This document shows positions 9,772-19,954 of a DNA stretch of 64,000 nt, in pieces; positions within the stretch are counted from its first letter, which is position 1; each line of letters opens with the position of its first letter. The stretch is taken from assembly GCA_963729895.1 (NCBI GenBank), contig CAVSQB010000036.1, positions 31,227 to 95,226 on the forward strand. Direction: 5' to 3'. The notes beneath the pieces are model-generated. The model saw only the letters and a program-made list of their open reading frames with translations. It did no database searches and was not told the origin of the DNA. Source of the stretch: an uncultured Fibrobacterota bacterium (GTDB taxonomy: Bacteria > Fibrobacterota > Chitinivibrionia > Chitinivibrionales > FEN-1185). The position numbers were made by a program, and so were the translations under genes.

Positions 9772-11370
9772 TCAATTATATTCCTTCAAAACATCCGGAT
9801 TAAGCACTTTGAGTTCGACGCGACGATTGATCTTCCGTCCTGCCGCTTTTCTATTGTCCGCCTTTGGTACCGACGACCCGTAGCCCATTGCAGAAAGCCT
9901 GCCCATCAACCCGGGAGCTACCTGAAGAAGGTAGTCGCGCACTGCCTCCGACCGCAGTTGGCTGAGCTGCAGGTTCTTGGCAGGCGATCCCACATTGTCC
10001 GTATGGCCGCCGACCTCAAGTTCAAGCTTGGGATACCGTTCCAGCATTTTGCCGATTATCTGGAGATACGGTTTTGAATTCATAGATATCTCGGCCTTGC
10101 CCGACTCGAAGTAGACAGCGTCGAGGATCAACATGCCGGTGGAAAGTAGTTTCTTCTCTATCTCGGAGCGTCGGTCCTTTTCTATCGCAAGCAGGCGCTT
10201 GCCTTCCGCCAGCGCCAGGATGAGCGCCATTGAGTCGCTCTGCGACTTGCGCAACAGTACGCTTGCGACGGCCGCAATCGAGTCGCTGGTACGCTTGCAC
10301 TGCACCTCCGCGAGCGAGTCGGATTCCACCCGCTGTGTCAGGCTGTCCCGGGAAGCGGCAAGGCGATTGACATCCGTCTGGCATGTCTGGAATTGGACCC
10401 GCTCCGCGGAATCGGCCTTTGCTTTCTCGAAGTCGGCGCGCCTTTTTCCCGCTAGGCAGTCGATGGAAAAAAGCAGGTCGCCGAAAAGGCGGTACCTTTC
10501 CAGCGATCGCTGAGCGGGATCGTCGCTTCGCTTCTTGGATCCCGCCACGTCGCACCCAAGCGTAAGAGCGAGGAAGGCAGGCGTTCGGATAGTGACCGTC
10601 GGCGTCACCCAGACAGGATCAGTGGTAAAGGCGCTGTTCTTAAAAGACGTTCGCGAGTTCCCTTCAACTCCTACTGACAAATAAGGAATGATGTTGCCCT
10701 GAATACCGCCCGCGAGAACCAAGAGAAGGTCTTTCCCGGCTTGGGTTGATTTCACCGCGCCCTCGTTGAGGTGGAGTGCAAATCCCCGGCCGTCATTGCC
10801 AAACACCAGCGACTCCAGCAGCTTTCCCATGAAATCGAAGTTGGTACGGGTTTCGAAATAGTTATACCCGTCGGTATAATTCGTATTGATCTGGTTCTTC
10901 GAAAGGCCTCCGAGCACGGTGCCCTGAGCGCCCAGAAAGAGAGGCACTCCCTGAGGAAGCGGCAATGATGCCTGCAATCCTCCCATTACCGTGCCCAGGC
11001 CCGACTTGTTGCTTGTGCTGTATTTCGTCGAATTGAAGAAATTTACGCTTCCGAAAACATCCAGGTGGTTGCTGACCCCGAACGCCAGGGCGCCTAGGCC
11101 GGTTGCGATGTTTGCCCCGGCATTGGGAGTGCCCGGGTAAGCATCTTGCTGCCGGTACCACGTTCCCTGCAGGTTCACGTTGAGACGGCCCGCGCCGAGC
11201 GCTTCGGCCGACGAGGTCTGCGAAAGGCCGCGCGTGCCCCACGCCGTGGTCGTGGGCATCGGTGTCCACGTGTTTGATTGGGCACAGGTCGTGCCACACC
11301 AGATTGTCATGATCGCCATTACGGCGCACGCCCATGCGTTCATCGCTTTGCGGATTGCAAACAACTTCAT
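9772..11370 (-). CDS. OmpA-family outer membrane protein (N-terminal barrel, coiled linker, OmpA_C domain)
   Basis: Signal peptide; VYFESGKA, GGHTDNVG, NLQLSQLRSEAV and NRRVE motifs; AAGGAG Shine-Dalgarno before ATG 11370. Confidence 0.9.
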   Translation of the reverse strand: MKLFAIRKAMNAWACAVMAIMTIWCGTTCAQSNTWTPMPTTTAWGTRGLSQTSSAEALGAGRLNVNLQGTWYRQQDAYPGTPNAGANIATGLGALAFGVSNHLDVFGSVNFFNSTKYSTSNKSGLGTVMGGLQASLPLPQGVPLFLGAQGTVLGGLSKNQINTNYTDGYNYFETRTNFDFMGKLLESLVFGNDGRGFALHLNEGAVKSTQAGKDLLLVLAGGIQGNIIPYLSVGVEGNSRTSFKNSAFTTDPVWVTPTVTIRTPAFLALTLGCDVAGSKKRSDDPAQRSLERYRLFGDLLFSIDCLAGKRRADFEKAKADSAERVQFQTCQTDVNRLAASRDSLTQRVESDSLAEVQCKRTSDSIAAVASVLLRKSQSDSMALILALAEGKRLLAIEKDRRSEIEKKLLSTGMLILDAVYFESGKAEISMNSKPYLQIIGKMLERYPKLELEVGGHTDNVGSPAKNLQLSQLRSEAVRDYLLQVAPGLMGRLSAMGYGSSVPKADNRKAAGRKINRRVELKVLNPDVLKEYN

Positions 11371-11616
11371 AGATAACTCCTTTTGACTAAATTGTGTGCC
11401 ATTTACGATGGACAAAGCAGGCAACCTGTTGCTCCTTGATAAAATATATACGTCGCAACCCTGAGCCAATTACTTTACATCTCTTCTTGCAGGCTTTCCC
11501 GCCTTTTCCGTTGTAAACAACGGATGCGGATTAAACACCTTGCTTTTCGCCGAAAACCGTGGTAGAATTATTCTCTGTTTCGGTCTCTGGGGTTATCCGA
11601 ACCGAGGGGGAACTTT

Positions 11617-12540
11617 GTGGACATAATAAAACAATGGGTGCTTAAGCACTTTGAAGCGATTCTCATACTTGTCATTACGCTGGCATTGCTTGCTATCAAC
11701 TACTTTGTGGACCAGAAGCTGATGTTTCTCAATTTCTACTACCTGCCCGTCCTTATCTCAGGGTATTTCCTGGGTCGGCGGCATACGCTTTCGACAAGCT
11801 TCTTCATAGTCGTCCTCATCAGCTTCTTCATTATCTTCAATCCTCAAGCCTTTTTCAACGAATCACAGCAATTGCAGGTGATTTTGGACATCGTGATATG
11901 GGCCGGGTTCCTTATTCTGGCGGCCTACACGGTGGGCACGCTTTACGAACAGAAGCAGAAGAAGATTGCCGACCTAAAACGCGCTTACATCGGCGTGGTG
12001 GAGATCCTTTCGAAATATCTTGATGCCTCCGACCGCTACACCAAGGGACATTCGGTGCGGGTCGCCGATTACTCTGCTGATATCGCCCGCGCCATGAATC
12101 TGCCCGCATCGGAAGTGGAGAACATCCGCGTTGCCGGGCTTTTGCATGACATCGGGAAGATCGAGATATCCTCGGAACTCATAACCAAGGCCGCGGATTT
12201 GACAGATGAAGAGAAGTACATCATGAGCCAGCACGCGGAAAAGAGCGCCAAGATACTTGCTTCGGTCGGCGGGGTCCTGAAGGACGCGATCAAGATTGTT
12301 CTTTTCCACCACCGTCATTTTATCGAGAAGTCGGACAAAGAAGGGAAAGAAATCCCGCTGGGCGCCCGTATTCTTGCCGTTGCCGATTCTTTCGATGCCA
12401 TGCTGAGCGACCGTCCCTACCGGAAAGGCCGGACCACGCGCGAGGCGCTTCTGGAGCTTGAGCGATGCTCCGGTACGCAGTTTGACCCAGCAGTGGTCGG
12501 GGCGTTCAAACAGGTGATGTCGGAGATTGAATTGCGATAG
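11617..12540 (+). CDS. Membrane-anchored HD-GYP domain phosphohydrolase
   Basis: N-terminal TM helices; YTKGHSVRV, LLHDIGK and ARILAVADSFDAMLSDRPYR motifs. Confidence 0.9.
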   Translation: MDIIKQWVLKHFEAILILVITLALLAINYFVDQKLMFLNFYYLPVLISGYFLGRRHTLSTSFFIVVLISFFIIFNPQAFFNESQQLQVILDIVIWAGFLILAAYTVGTLYEQKQKKIADLKRAYIGVVEILSKYLDASDRYTKGHSVRVADYSADIARAMNLPASEVENIRVAGLLHDIGKIEISSELITKAADLTDEEKYIMSQHAEKSAKILASVGGVLKDAIKIVLFHHRHFIEKSDKEGKEIPLGARILAVADSFDAMLSDRPYRKGRTTREALLELERCSGTQFDPAVVGAFKQVMSEIELR

Positions 12541-12546
12541 GCCAAG

Positions 12547-12566
12547 GCATCCTGACTTCAGGATGC
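12547..12566. terminator. Hairpin downstream of the HD-GYP gene
   Basis: GCATCCTGA-CT-TCAGGATGC inverted repeat; weak U-tract. Confidence 0.4.
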
Positions 12567-12613
12567 AGGTTTGCTGTTGAGAAAACCTATGCCCTTATAC
12601 AATTCTAAAGATT

Positions 12614-13648
12614 CAGCCCTGTCCGGCTAAACCTCTTGACCAATGGCTAATAGAATGATAATTGCACTGGAGCGGAGCGCAAAGAACGTAACCGCTCGTA
12701 ATTGACCCGTAGTAATTCAATCAAGCTTTCAAAACCAAGCAGCCTTTCTCGGATAACCCGCAGTAATTCCAGCATGGTGAAGGCATACCGTGCTTGGAAT
12801 TTTATAAACGACAACAGGAGATACAAGATCATGGCTATCCACACCTGTGTCATTACCGCGTTTTCGCTGGTCCCGTAGAACGTCTTTATCTTCAAGTGCT
12901 GCTTGATCCACTTGAAAAATGTTTCTATCTCCCATCTTCCCTTGTACAGTGCAGCAATTGTCGTTGCCGACAACGTGAAATTGTTCGTCAGAAAGACCAG
13001 GTTCTTGTTTAACTCCTTGTTGTAATACTGTATCAGTCGCAGCTTCTCCGGATATGCCTTGCTTTCGTAAAAATTCGACATTTCGACTTCCTGATCACGG
13101 ATAATTCCGCGTCTTACGTTCGGTTCTTTGTGCTGTCCGACAAGATGATATGCCATGTTGGATTTTGCCAGGATCACGAATGTAACACCAGTCGTATGCA
13201 GTGAATGAAGCCAGCCAAAATCTGTGTAGCCTCGATCAATGGTGAGGATGCTGTCCGGCGGAAGCGCAGGAAAATCATATTCGGCATCTTTCACCACCCG
13301 AATGTCATGGACTTTCCCGTCCGTCATCCGGATAAACGACGGTAGGTAACCGTCATGGTCCAGAAGCATATGAAGTTTCAATCCACCTTTGCGCCTGCGA
13401 TACCGTGCCCATGGAAACGATGACAGACATACGCTGATCAAGGTTGAATCATGCGTAAATACCGGAACCTTTACCCGAAAGTCATGACGAGGTGCCAATC
13501 GCTGGCATTTATCCAGAAACTGATAGAAAAGATCTTCAAACATCTTGTATGGCCGGAGAGCGAGTGCATCTGCCAGTGTACTGCGGGCTACACTCGCAAG
13601 ACCAATATGTTCCCACTTATCCGCATTGCTCTTCAGACACGCTTCAAG
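12614..13648 (-). mobile_element. 5'-truncated IS4-family insertion sequence
   Basis: One IR-like end CAGCCCTGTCCGG at 12614; transposase similarity is lost upstream of about 13648. Confidence 0.75.
12647..13648 (-). pseudogene. IS4-family DDE transposase, N-terminus deleted
   Basis: DSTLISVCLSSFPWA, KLHMLLD, DRGY and YKGRWEIETFFKWIKQHL motifs; the frame continues upstream of ATG 13543 as EACLKSNADKWEHIGLASVARSTLADA, then similarity ends without a start codon. Confidence 0.85.
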
Positions 13649-14211
13649 AAAGCAAGTCCATGGGAGTCGATGACGTCAGTGATTCAATCAGCATTTCCAA
13701 GCAGACCGTTGAGAAGTGCCTGGTCATGCCAAGTGAGGTAACCAGCATTCCGACGCTCGGCTTTTTTATCCAACTCACAGACTATCCGGTAAGCAAAGAC
13801 AAACTCGATATTGTAAATTTTCCTAAAAGATTTCTTTCGTATATCGGCAGGGAAGATCTTCTCTTCAAACCAAAGGCAACACCACCGTCCCAGAACTCCC
13901 AGGCTGGGCCAGCCTTGGTCCCGACACCGGGTCAGGCGAAGACGGAGGAGGTTCCCCAACAAAAAGAAATACAAAAAAAGGAAGAGCCGGGATTTTCTGA
14001 AACCAAGGGTTCTCTCGCAAAACTTGAGGCGCAAAGGAAAGAGTTCGGAGACCTTGGACAAGCTTCACCTCAGGTAGCGAAACCACAGGAAAGCAAATCT
14101 GAAGAAACAGACCCTTCGACAAATCAAATACCTGAATCTGTTCCAGAAACATCCAATCAGGACCAATCTGACCCGGCGGCATCCAATCAACACTCTTGGC
14201 TTGGCCGCTAA
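13645..14211 (+). pseudogene. 3' remnant of a type IV coupling protein (TrwB/TraD-like)
   Basis: ESKSMG..DSISISKQ..LVMPSEV..IP....QLTDYPV resembles the TrwB/TraD C-terminus; lies immediately upstream of a MOBF relaxase; no Walker A region present. Confidence 0.65.
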
Positions 14212-14222
14212 AAGAAGCTGCT

Positions 14223-17200
14223 ATGCTCTCAATATCAAAACCACTGACCCCGGAAAGAGCTGCTTGGTATTTTGAACGCGATAATTATTACCTGGCTGAA
14301 CAAGGGGAGTGGTACGGGAAAATAACCGAGGAGTTAGAACTTTCCGGCCCCGTGCAACGAGATGATTTTCTAAAGCTACTGGAAGGATACGACAAGAACG
14401 GGGATGCTCTTGTCGCGTCTGCCGGCGCGAAAGATATCAAGGACGACCAGGGCAATATCAAAAAGCATGGTCATCGATCAGGAATTGACCTTACTTTCAG
14501 TGCACCGAAAAGCGTTTCCATCCTTTCTTATCATGATGCAAGAATCAACGGTGCTTTTAAAAATGCCCTCAAATCAACGCTTGACCACGCCGAGCAGGAG
14601 TTCGCTCACACTCAAACAAAGGACCGTTCCGGGAAAGTTCATGCCGAGAAAACAGATAAGCTTTTATGGAGTACCTTTGTCCATGATACGAGCCGGGAGC
14701 TAGATCCACAGCTGCACTGTCACTGTGTTCTCATGAACTTGACGCAGGATTCTCAGGGGAAGTTCAAGACCTTACAAAACGATCCGATGTACAAAAACAA
14801 AATGTACCTTGGGCAGCATTTCCGAAGTCAGCTTGCAGGAGAAATTAAGAAACTGGGTTATTCAATTGAAGTTTCGGACCGCAAGAAAGGTTTCTTTGAG
14901 ATCCATGGGGTAGGGGATGACGTACTTCAGGCCTTCTCAAAGCGAAGCCAACAAGTCCGAGAAGAAATGAAGGCCCTCCGGGACCTCGAGTATAAGGATC
15001 TTTCGCGAGAACATCTTGTCGAATGGGCCGAAGAGCGCCAGAAAGATTATGCAGAATCGCCGGACTATGAGATTCGTGTAAGTCAAGAGACGGAACGGCT
15101 TATGCATAGCGAGGAAAAAGTGTATGCATCCTTTCCGGATGCAAAATTGGCCGCAATTGCAACAACCAACAGCAGAGTAGCTAAGAGGGATGTTTCGCGG
15201 GAACAAGTAAAAGAAACCATGGACGCGACATGCAGGGCGCTTGGCACATCTTTAGCGGCAATTCAAGAGCAAGCGCTAAAACAACCGTCCGTGAAAATCC
15301 AAAACAACAAGCCTGACGACATCCTGAAGGATGCGCTCAAGGGAGTTACTGAAGGTCAATCTACTTTCACCCGCTACAATCTCATTACCGAAGCCATGAA
15401 AATTGGAATCGGCAGTTTATCGTGTCGGGATTTTGAGAACGAATTCAACAGAATGCTCAAAGATGGGCGAATCTCGCATCTCGGCTCCGTTGAAACCAAA
15501 GCCGGCACGAAAGAAGTTTTTTCTTCCAAAGAGATGATCGAGGTGGAAAATACTGTCATTAAAATGTGCAAGGAGGCTAAGGGAGCTTCAACCATTAATA
15601 TTGACAAAACCGTAACAGACAAGTTTATTGCTGACACTGACATCAATCTCAAAATGAAATCCGCTCTTGAGCTTGGGGAAGCAGACCCTGTTAAGGCTGA
15701 TTACAAATTTAAGGCTGTTCTCTCAAAAATTGAGGATCCAGCTATTAAGGGAAAGTTCATTCATCTTCGAGAGCAGGCAATTAAGGCCAAAGCGGATCCT
15801 TCTCTGCCCAAAGTCGATGCCGTAAACTATCCCGAACTTCATCAGCACTTTGAAAAACACGGATACGGTTTTACTCCCGGCCAAAAAGACGCACTTCGCC
15901 TCATCACCAGTACCAAGGACATTTTTTCAACAATCCAGGGTGACGCTGGGACGGGTAAAAGCTTTTCGTGCCTCTATGCTCGCCAGCTTCTTGAACAACA
16001 CGGTTTCATTGTTAAGGGGTTTGCTCCCACGGGAAAAGCAACTACCGGGTTGGCAAGTGCGGCGGTAATCCCAGAAGGCAATTATTCCACCATAGAATCC
16101 TTTCTTCTCAAATACAAAAACTCCTCTCCCGAGAAGCAACAGGAAATGTTCAGGAAAGGCAAAGAAGTTTGGATCGTTGACGAAGCGGGAATGTGCGGAA
16201 GCAGAAAATTTCTTGAGCTTATGACCGTGGCACGGGAAGCGGATGCAAAAGTGGTATTCATCGGCGACCGCAAACAGTTCCAGAGCATCGAGGCAGGGAA
16301 GATGTTCAGCGAACTGCAAGACCGGTCAGGAATCGACATGGTAATCATGCCTGATGTTATGCGGCAAAAGACGGCTCAAACAAAGGAAATCGTCAAGGCA
16401 ATAGCGCTGAAGGATATGGATTTTGCCTTCAACGTCATGCGGGGTTATAAGAAGGTACCGGATTCCATAGACAAAAGAGACCTTTCAAATTATTCGATTG
16501 ATTCTACAATACAATTCACCGCAGGCTACCACGGCCTTTCTACGGACACTCAGTGCAAGGTCAAATCCGTGGGGGAGTCTCTATCATTGGAGTATTTCGA
16601 CGAAGACTCCCGTACATTCAAGCAGTTTGACTTTAAACCAAAAGAAATTGATTCTGCCGACTTCGATCTTTTCAGATCCCCGATCAATCATCATCCACTT
16701 GCTAAATTCAATATCGGCGATCAACTCACAATTTCCATCCCAGATCAGGGTCTGCTAGCCGCGACGACCTTTCAAGTCAATGCTGTTTCTGAAACGGGCC
16801 TCTCTGTTACTTATATGGACCAACAGACGGGGGAGCAGCGAAAAGCCGACTTCAACCCAACCATTAACCCCGATAACGTTGTGCATCGATCCATATCAGG
16901 AAACGAAAAGCTGGTAAGCGGCAAAGACCAGTATGAGAACATGATCACTGTCGAATCCGATCATGAAAAATGCTTGAATCTTGCGGCCCAGGACTACCTT
17001 GAATCAATTGCAGCTCGTAAGGATGTTCTGCTTATTACCGGAACCAATAAGGACAAAGACGCGCTTAATGATATCATTCGTCCGGAATTGATTAAGAAAG
17101 GTCTGGTGACCGATTCAAAAGAGTTTAATGTCTTTCAGACCAAGAGTTTGGCTGGAACCGCGGCTATGGCGGCGGATTCCTATAAGCAAGGCCAGGTCAT

Positions 17201-17996
17201 TATAACGAATAGTAAGTGTGGTCCCATACCCAGAGGAACCCAGGCTGAGATTCAAACTATTGATCTAACAAGGAATGTAATTACCGTTCGATATTGGGAC
17301 AAAGACACAAAACAGTACGCAAAATCCGATATTGACGTAAGAAAAAACTGCAAGAAATTCAGCACATATGATCAACAAAGAAAAGAATTCGGGGTAGGGG
17401 ACCTTGTCCTATTTCTTAAGAACGATAAGAAGACTGTAGGAGTCAACAACGGTGATACCGCCAGAATCCTTTCTATTGATTCGGATGGGAACGTAAAGGC
17501 CAGGCTTGAGAGCACGGAGGACAAGAAGGAAGTAACCTTCAACATCAACAATAAGGGACCAAAGGCATACAATTACGTCAGTCACGCCTACGCGATTACG
17601 GATTACAAATCCCAAGGTGCCACGACAGGCCGTCTTCTTTGGTTCGCTCCAACAACCGCAGGGCGCATGTCCAGCAACACCTTTTATGTCGCGATAACAA
17701 GATGTAAAGAAGAGGTCGGTGTGTACACCGACGATGTTGACAAGTTGCGGGAAATGGTGAAACAGGATCAACAAAAAGAATCTGTCCTTGAATTCACCAT
17801 GCCACATGAACATGAAAATCGCAAACAGGACATTCCAGTTAACAAGCCGCCAGCACCGGAAATAAGCCCCGTTGTCAAGGCATATCTAAAAAGTATGCAG
17901 GAGATATATTCACAGTTTAAGTCGTATTTTCCATTCAAGAAACAGAGAATAATGGACCCTGCGAAACCTAAGCAGAGCGTCGAGATGGATATTTAG
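14223..17996 (+). CDS. trwC: MOBF conjugative relaxase-helicase (TrwC/TraI-like)
   Basis: MLSIS start, YFERDNYY catalytic tyrosines, DLTFSAPKSVS, HDTSRELDPQLHCH (HUH), FSKRS; helicase motifs QGDAGTGKS, DEAGM, GDRKQ and YAITDYKSQGAT. Confidence 0.95.
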   Translation: MLSISKPLTPERAAWYFERDNYYLAEQGEWYGKITEELELSGPVQRDDFLKLLEGYDKNGDALVASAGAKDIKDDQGNIKKHGHRSGIDLTFSAPKSVSILSYHDARINGAFKNALKSTLDHAEQEFAHTQTKDRSGKVHAEKTDKLLWSTFVHDTSRELDPQLHCHCVLMNLTQDSQGKFKTLQNDPMYKNKMYLGQHFRSQLAGEIKKLGYSIEVSDRKKGFFEIHGVGDDVLQAFSKRSQQVREEMKALRDLEYKDLSREHLVEWAEERQKDYAESPDYEIRVSQETERLMHSEEKVYASFPDAKLAAIATTNSRVAKRDVSREQVKETMDATCRALGTSLAAIQEQALKQPSVKIQNNKPDDILKDALKGVTEGQSTFTRYNLITEAMKIGIGSLSCRDFENEFNRMLKDGRISHLGSVETKAGTKEVFSSKEMIEVENTVIKMCKEAKGASTINIDKTVTDKFIADTDINLKMKSALELGEADPVKADYKFKAVLSKIEDPAIKGKFIHLREQAIKAKADPSLPKVDAVNYPELHQHFEKHGYGFTPGQKDALRLITSTKDIFSTIQGDAGTGKSFSCLYARQLLEQHGFIVKGFAPTGKATTGLASAAVIPEGNYSTIESFLLKYKNSSPEKQQEMFRKGKEVWIVDEAGMCGSRKFLELMTVAREADAKVVFIGDRKQFQSIEAGKMFSELQDRSGIDMVIMPDVMRQKTAQTKEIVKAIALKDMDFAFNVMRGYKKVPDSIDKRDLSNYSIDSTIQFTAGYHGLSTDTQCKVKSVGESLSLEYFDEDSRTFKQFDFKPKEIDSADFDLFRSPINHHPLAKFNIGDQLTISIPDQGLLAATTFQVNAVSETGLSVTYMDQQTGEQRKADFNPTINPDNVVHRSISGNEKLVSGKDQYENMITVESDHEKCLNLAAQDYLESIAARKDVLLITGTNKDKDALNDIIRPELIKKGLVTDSKEFNVFQTKSLAGTAAMAADSYKQGQVIITNSKCGPIPRGTQAEIQTIDLTRNVITVRYWDKDTKQYAKSDIDVRKNCKKFSTYDQQRKEFGVGDLVLFLKNDKKTVGVNNGDTARILSIDSDGNVKARLESTEDKKEVTFNINNKGPKAYNYVSHAYAITDYKSQGATTGRLLWFAPTTAGRMSSNTFYVAITRCKEEVGVYTDDVDKLREMVKQDQQKESVLEFTMPHEHENRKQDIPVNKPPAPEISPVVKAYLKSMQEIYSQFKSYFPFKKQRIMDPAKPKQSVEMDI

Positions 17997-18021
17997 TTCA
18001 TTCACTTTTCAAGGAGGTCTT

Positions 18022-18360
18022 ATGCCTAAGGGAACACGCAAAGCCAGAAACCCGGTCGAAAAACTGGTTACACAGGTTGCCCAACTCAACAACGTAGTGG
18101 ATTCTATCCTTGAGTCGGCCGACAAGCCGGGATTTGTTGAAGCAATAGTTGCACTAAAATCAAAGAAGACCGAAACTCAGGCCAAAGGGCCAAACCAAAA
18201 CAAGGAAGCCAAGGAAGTGAATAAGCTACTGAAAACATATCCTGGTCTTTCGAAAGCAATTCTAAGCACAATAAAATCCAAAATAGCCGAGTACAAGGGC
18301 TTAGGAGTTATCGACAAATACAAAATGGATACAGAACCCGAGGAAAAAGGCAAAAGTTAA
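18022..18360 (+). CDS. Small basic hypothetical protein
   Basis: AAGGAGG Shine-Dalgarno; clean 112-aa ORF following the relaxase. Confidence 0.7.
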   Translation: MPKGTRKARNPVEKLVTQVAQLNNVVDSILESADKPGFVEAIVALKSKKTETQAKGPNQNKEAKEVNKLLKTYPGLSKAILSTIKSKIAEYKGLGVIDKYKMDTEPEEKGKS

Positions 18361-18425
18361 TATCCCAACTAATAGTCTTTTTACGTAGATATTTTTATTA
18401 TTTTATTTGTTTAAAGGGAGGCTCA

Positions 18426-18968
18426 TTGGATCCGAGAGGAAGTTTTGCTTTTGATCTACTGGATACCAAATCCAATGAGGCAATTTCTTCATATGAGCAT
18501 TCGCTCTACAAAGCTTTTTCTAGTCGAGATTTTCTTGATCCCGTAAGGATTGTTGACCATAAGTTGCACAGAACGCAAACTAAAATACCATACCAAGCCC
18601 AAGACGTGTTTATAGTAAGGTTGAAAGATAAGATCGTTGCTGCCATGGCAATCAATTACGACATGAACAACACACTTCAGCTTGAGCTGAGGGGCTTTTC
18701 AATCAACAAAGACCAGCCTCACATTTGTGAAGTCCTTCATCTGTTTAGCAATATTGACCTGATGAACGGAAAACCTGTTATTGAAACCCTTGGAGATTTT
18801 GCTTTAAATAAAATAGCTTTGCGGAATGTAAATACAATCTTTATTACATGCACCGAAAGAAGGCTAAATTCTTATCAAAAATTTGGCTTCTCATTAGTTG
18901 CGCAAAACGATCTTCCTTTTAATGGGTCCAAAAGGTTTCTGCTTGTAACGAATCTTACCAAAGGATGA
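18426..18968 (+). CDS. Putative GNAT-fold acyltransferase
   Basis: GGAGG Shine-Dalgarno before TTG; pattern FIVRLKDKIVAAM...ICEVLHLF...IFITC....LNSYQKFGF typical of the GNAT fold. Confidence 0.55.
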   Translation: MDPRGSFAFDLLDTKSNEAISSYEHSLYKAFSSRDFLDPVRIVDHKLHRTQTKIPYQAQDVFIVRLKDKIVAAMAINYDMNNTLQLELRGFSINKDQPHICEVLHLFSNIDLMNGKPVIETLGDFALNKIALRNVNTIFITCTERRLNSYQKFGFSLVAQNDLPFNGSKRFLLVTNLTKG

Positions 18969-19453
18969 ATATGAACATTTCAGAGTCTAAGAAATTCGAC
19001 TTGAATTCAGAGCCGCTTGCTTCATTTTTTCAGAGGGCACTTTCCGACATTAAGGGATACGCACAGGTTAACATTGATGAGCAAGAAACAATCAATGATC
19101 GCCCACCTTTTCGCGGCAAACACCCCTTGGAATTCATCAAACAATTTATTGATGTCTACCATAAGGACCTGCTTACACCTGAGGAAGTAAGACAAATAGT
19201 TATATTCCCATTTCCATGCAAATCTCCCGAATCTCAAGAGCAGAAACAAAAGTATAAAGATGAAATGACAATGATAAATTCCGACCCTATAAAGCCTTTT
19301 TTCCAATTGGTAATTAATGACATTACTGGATTTATAAACTTCCTTATGGAGCAGGAAAATATTGCAATCGGGCGCCATCCGGCGTTTCTCCTAATAGAAT
19401 TCCTGGATTCATATCGAAAGGATATTACCTTTACTCCCACCAAGGCATCATGA
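18965..19453 (+). CDS. Hypothetical protein with internal two-fold repeat, paralog 1
   Basis: ATGA overlap with the upstream gene; clear paralog of 19450-19929. Confidence 0.8.
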   Translation: MNMNISESKKFDLNSEPLASFFQRALSDIKGYAQVNIDEQETINDRPPFRGKHPLEFIKQFIDVYHKDLLTPEEVRQIVIFPFPCKSPESQEQKQKYKDEMTMINSDPIKPFFQLVINDITGFINFLMEQENIAIGRHPAFLLIEFLDSYRKDITFTPTKAS

Positions 19454-19929
19454 TGAACATTTCAGAGTCTAAGAGATTCGACTTGAATTCAGAGCCGATT
19501 GCTTCATTTTTCCAGAGGGTAGTTTCCGATATTAAAGGATATGCCCAACTTAATATTGATGAGCAAGACTTAATAAATCGATTTTCTACTTGGCACGGCA
19601 AACACCCCTTAGAATTTACTAGACACGCGATTCTTGATTATCAAAGGGATCTTGTTAAACCTGAAGAAATGAAACAGATTCTTATTTGCCCTTTTCCCTG
19701 CAAATCTTCTGAATCCGCAGAAGAGAAGCAGAAGTATAAGGACGATATGACAATGATCAGTTCAGAGCCTGTTAAATCTTTTTTTGAATTAGTGATTAAT
19801 GACTTAATTGCTTTTGTCACTGTCGTTATGGAAAAAAAAGACATACCACCAGGTCGACACCCGGCTCATTTAGTAATAGACCTTTTGAATTCTTATCAGA
19901 AAGACATTACATTTTCACCAAAGTTGTAA
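19450..19929 (+). CDS. Hypothetical protein with internal two-fold repeat, paralog 2
   Basis: ATGA overlap; first ~65 nt nearly identical to paralog 1. Confidence 0.8.
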   Translation: MMNISESKRFDLNSEPIASFFQRVVSDIKGYAQLNIDEQDLINRFSTWHGKHPLEFTRHAILDYQRDLVKPEEMKQILICPFPCKSSESAEEKQKYKDDMTMISSEPVKSFFELVINDLIAFVTVVMEKKDIPPGRHPAHLVIDLLNSYQKDITFSPKL

Positions 19930-19954
19930 TCGCGTCATTTACCGAATCATAATT

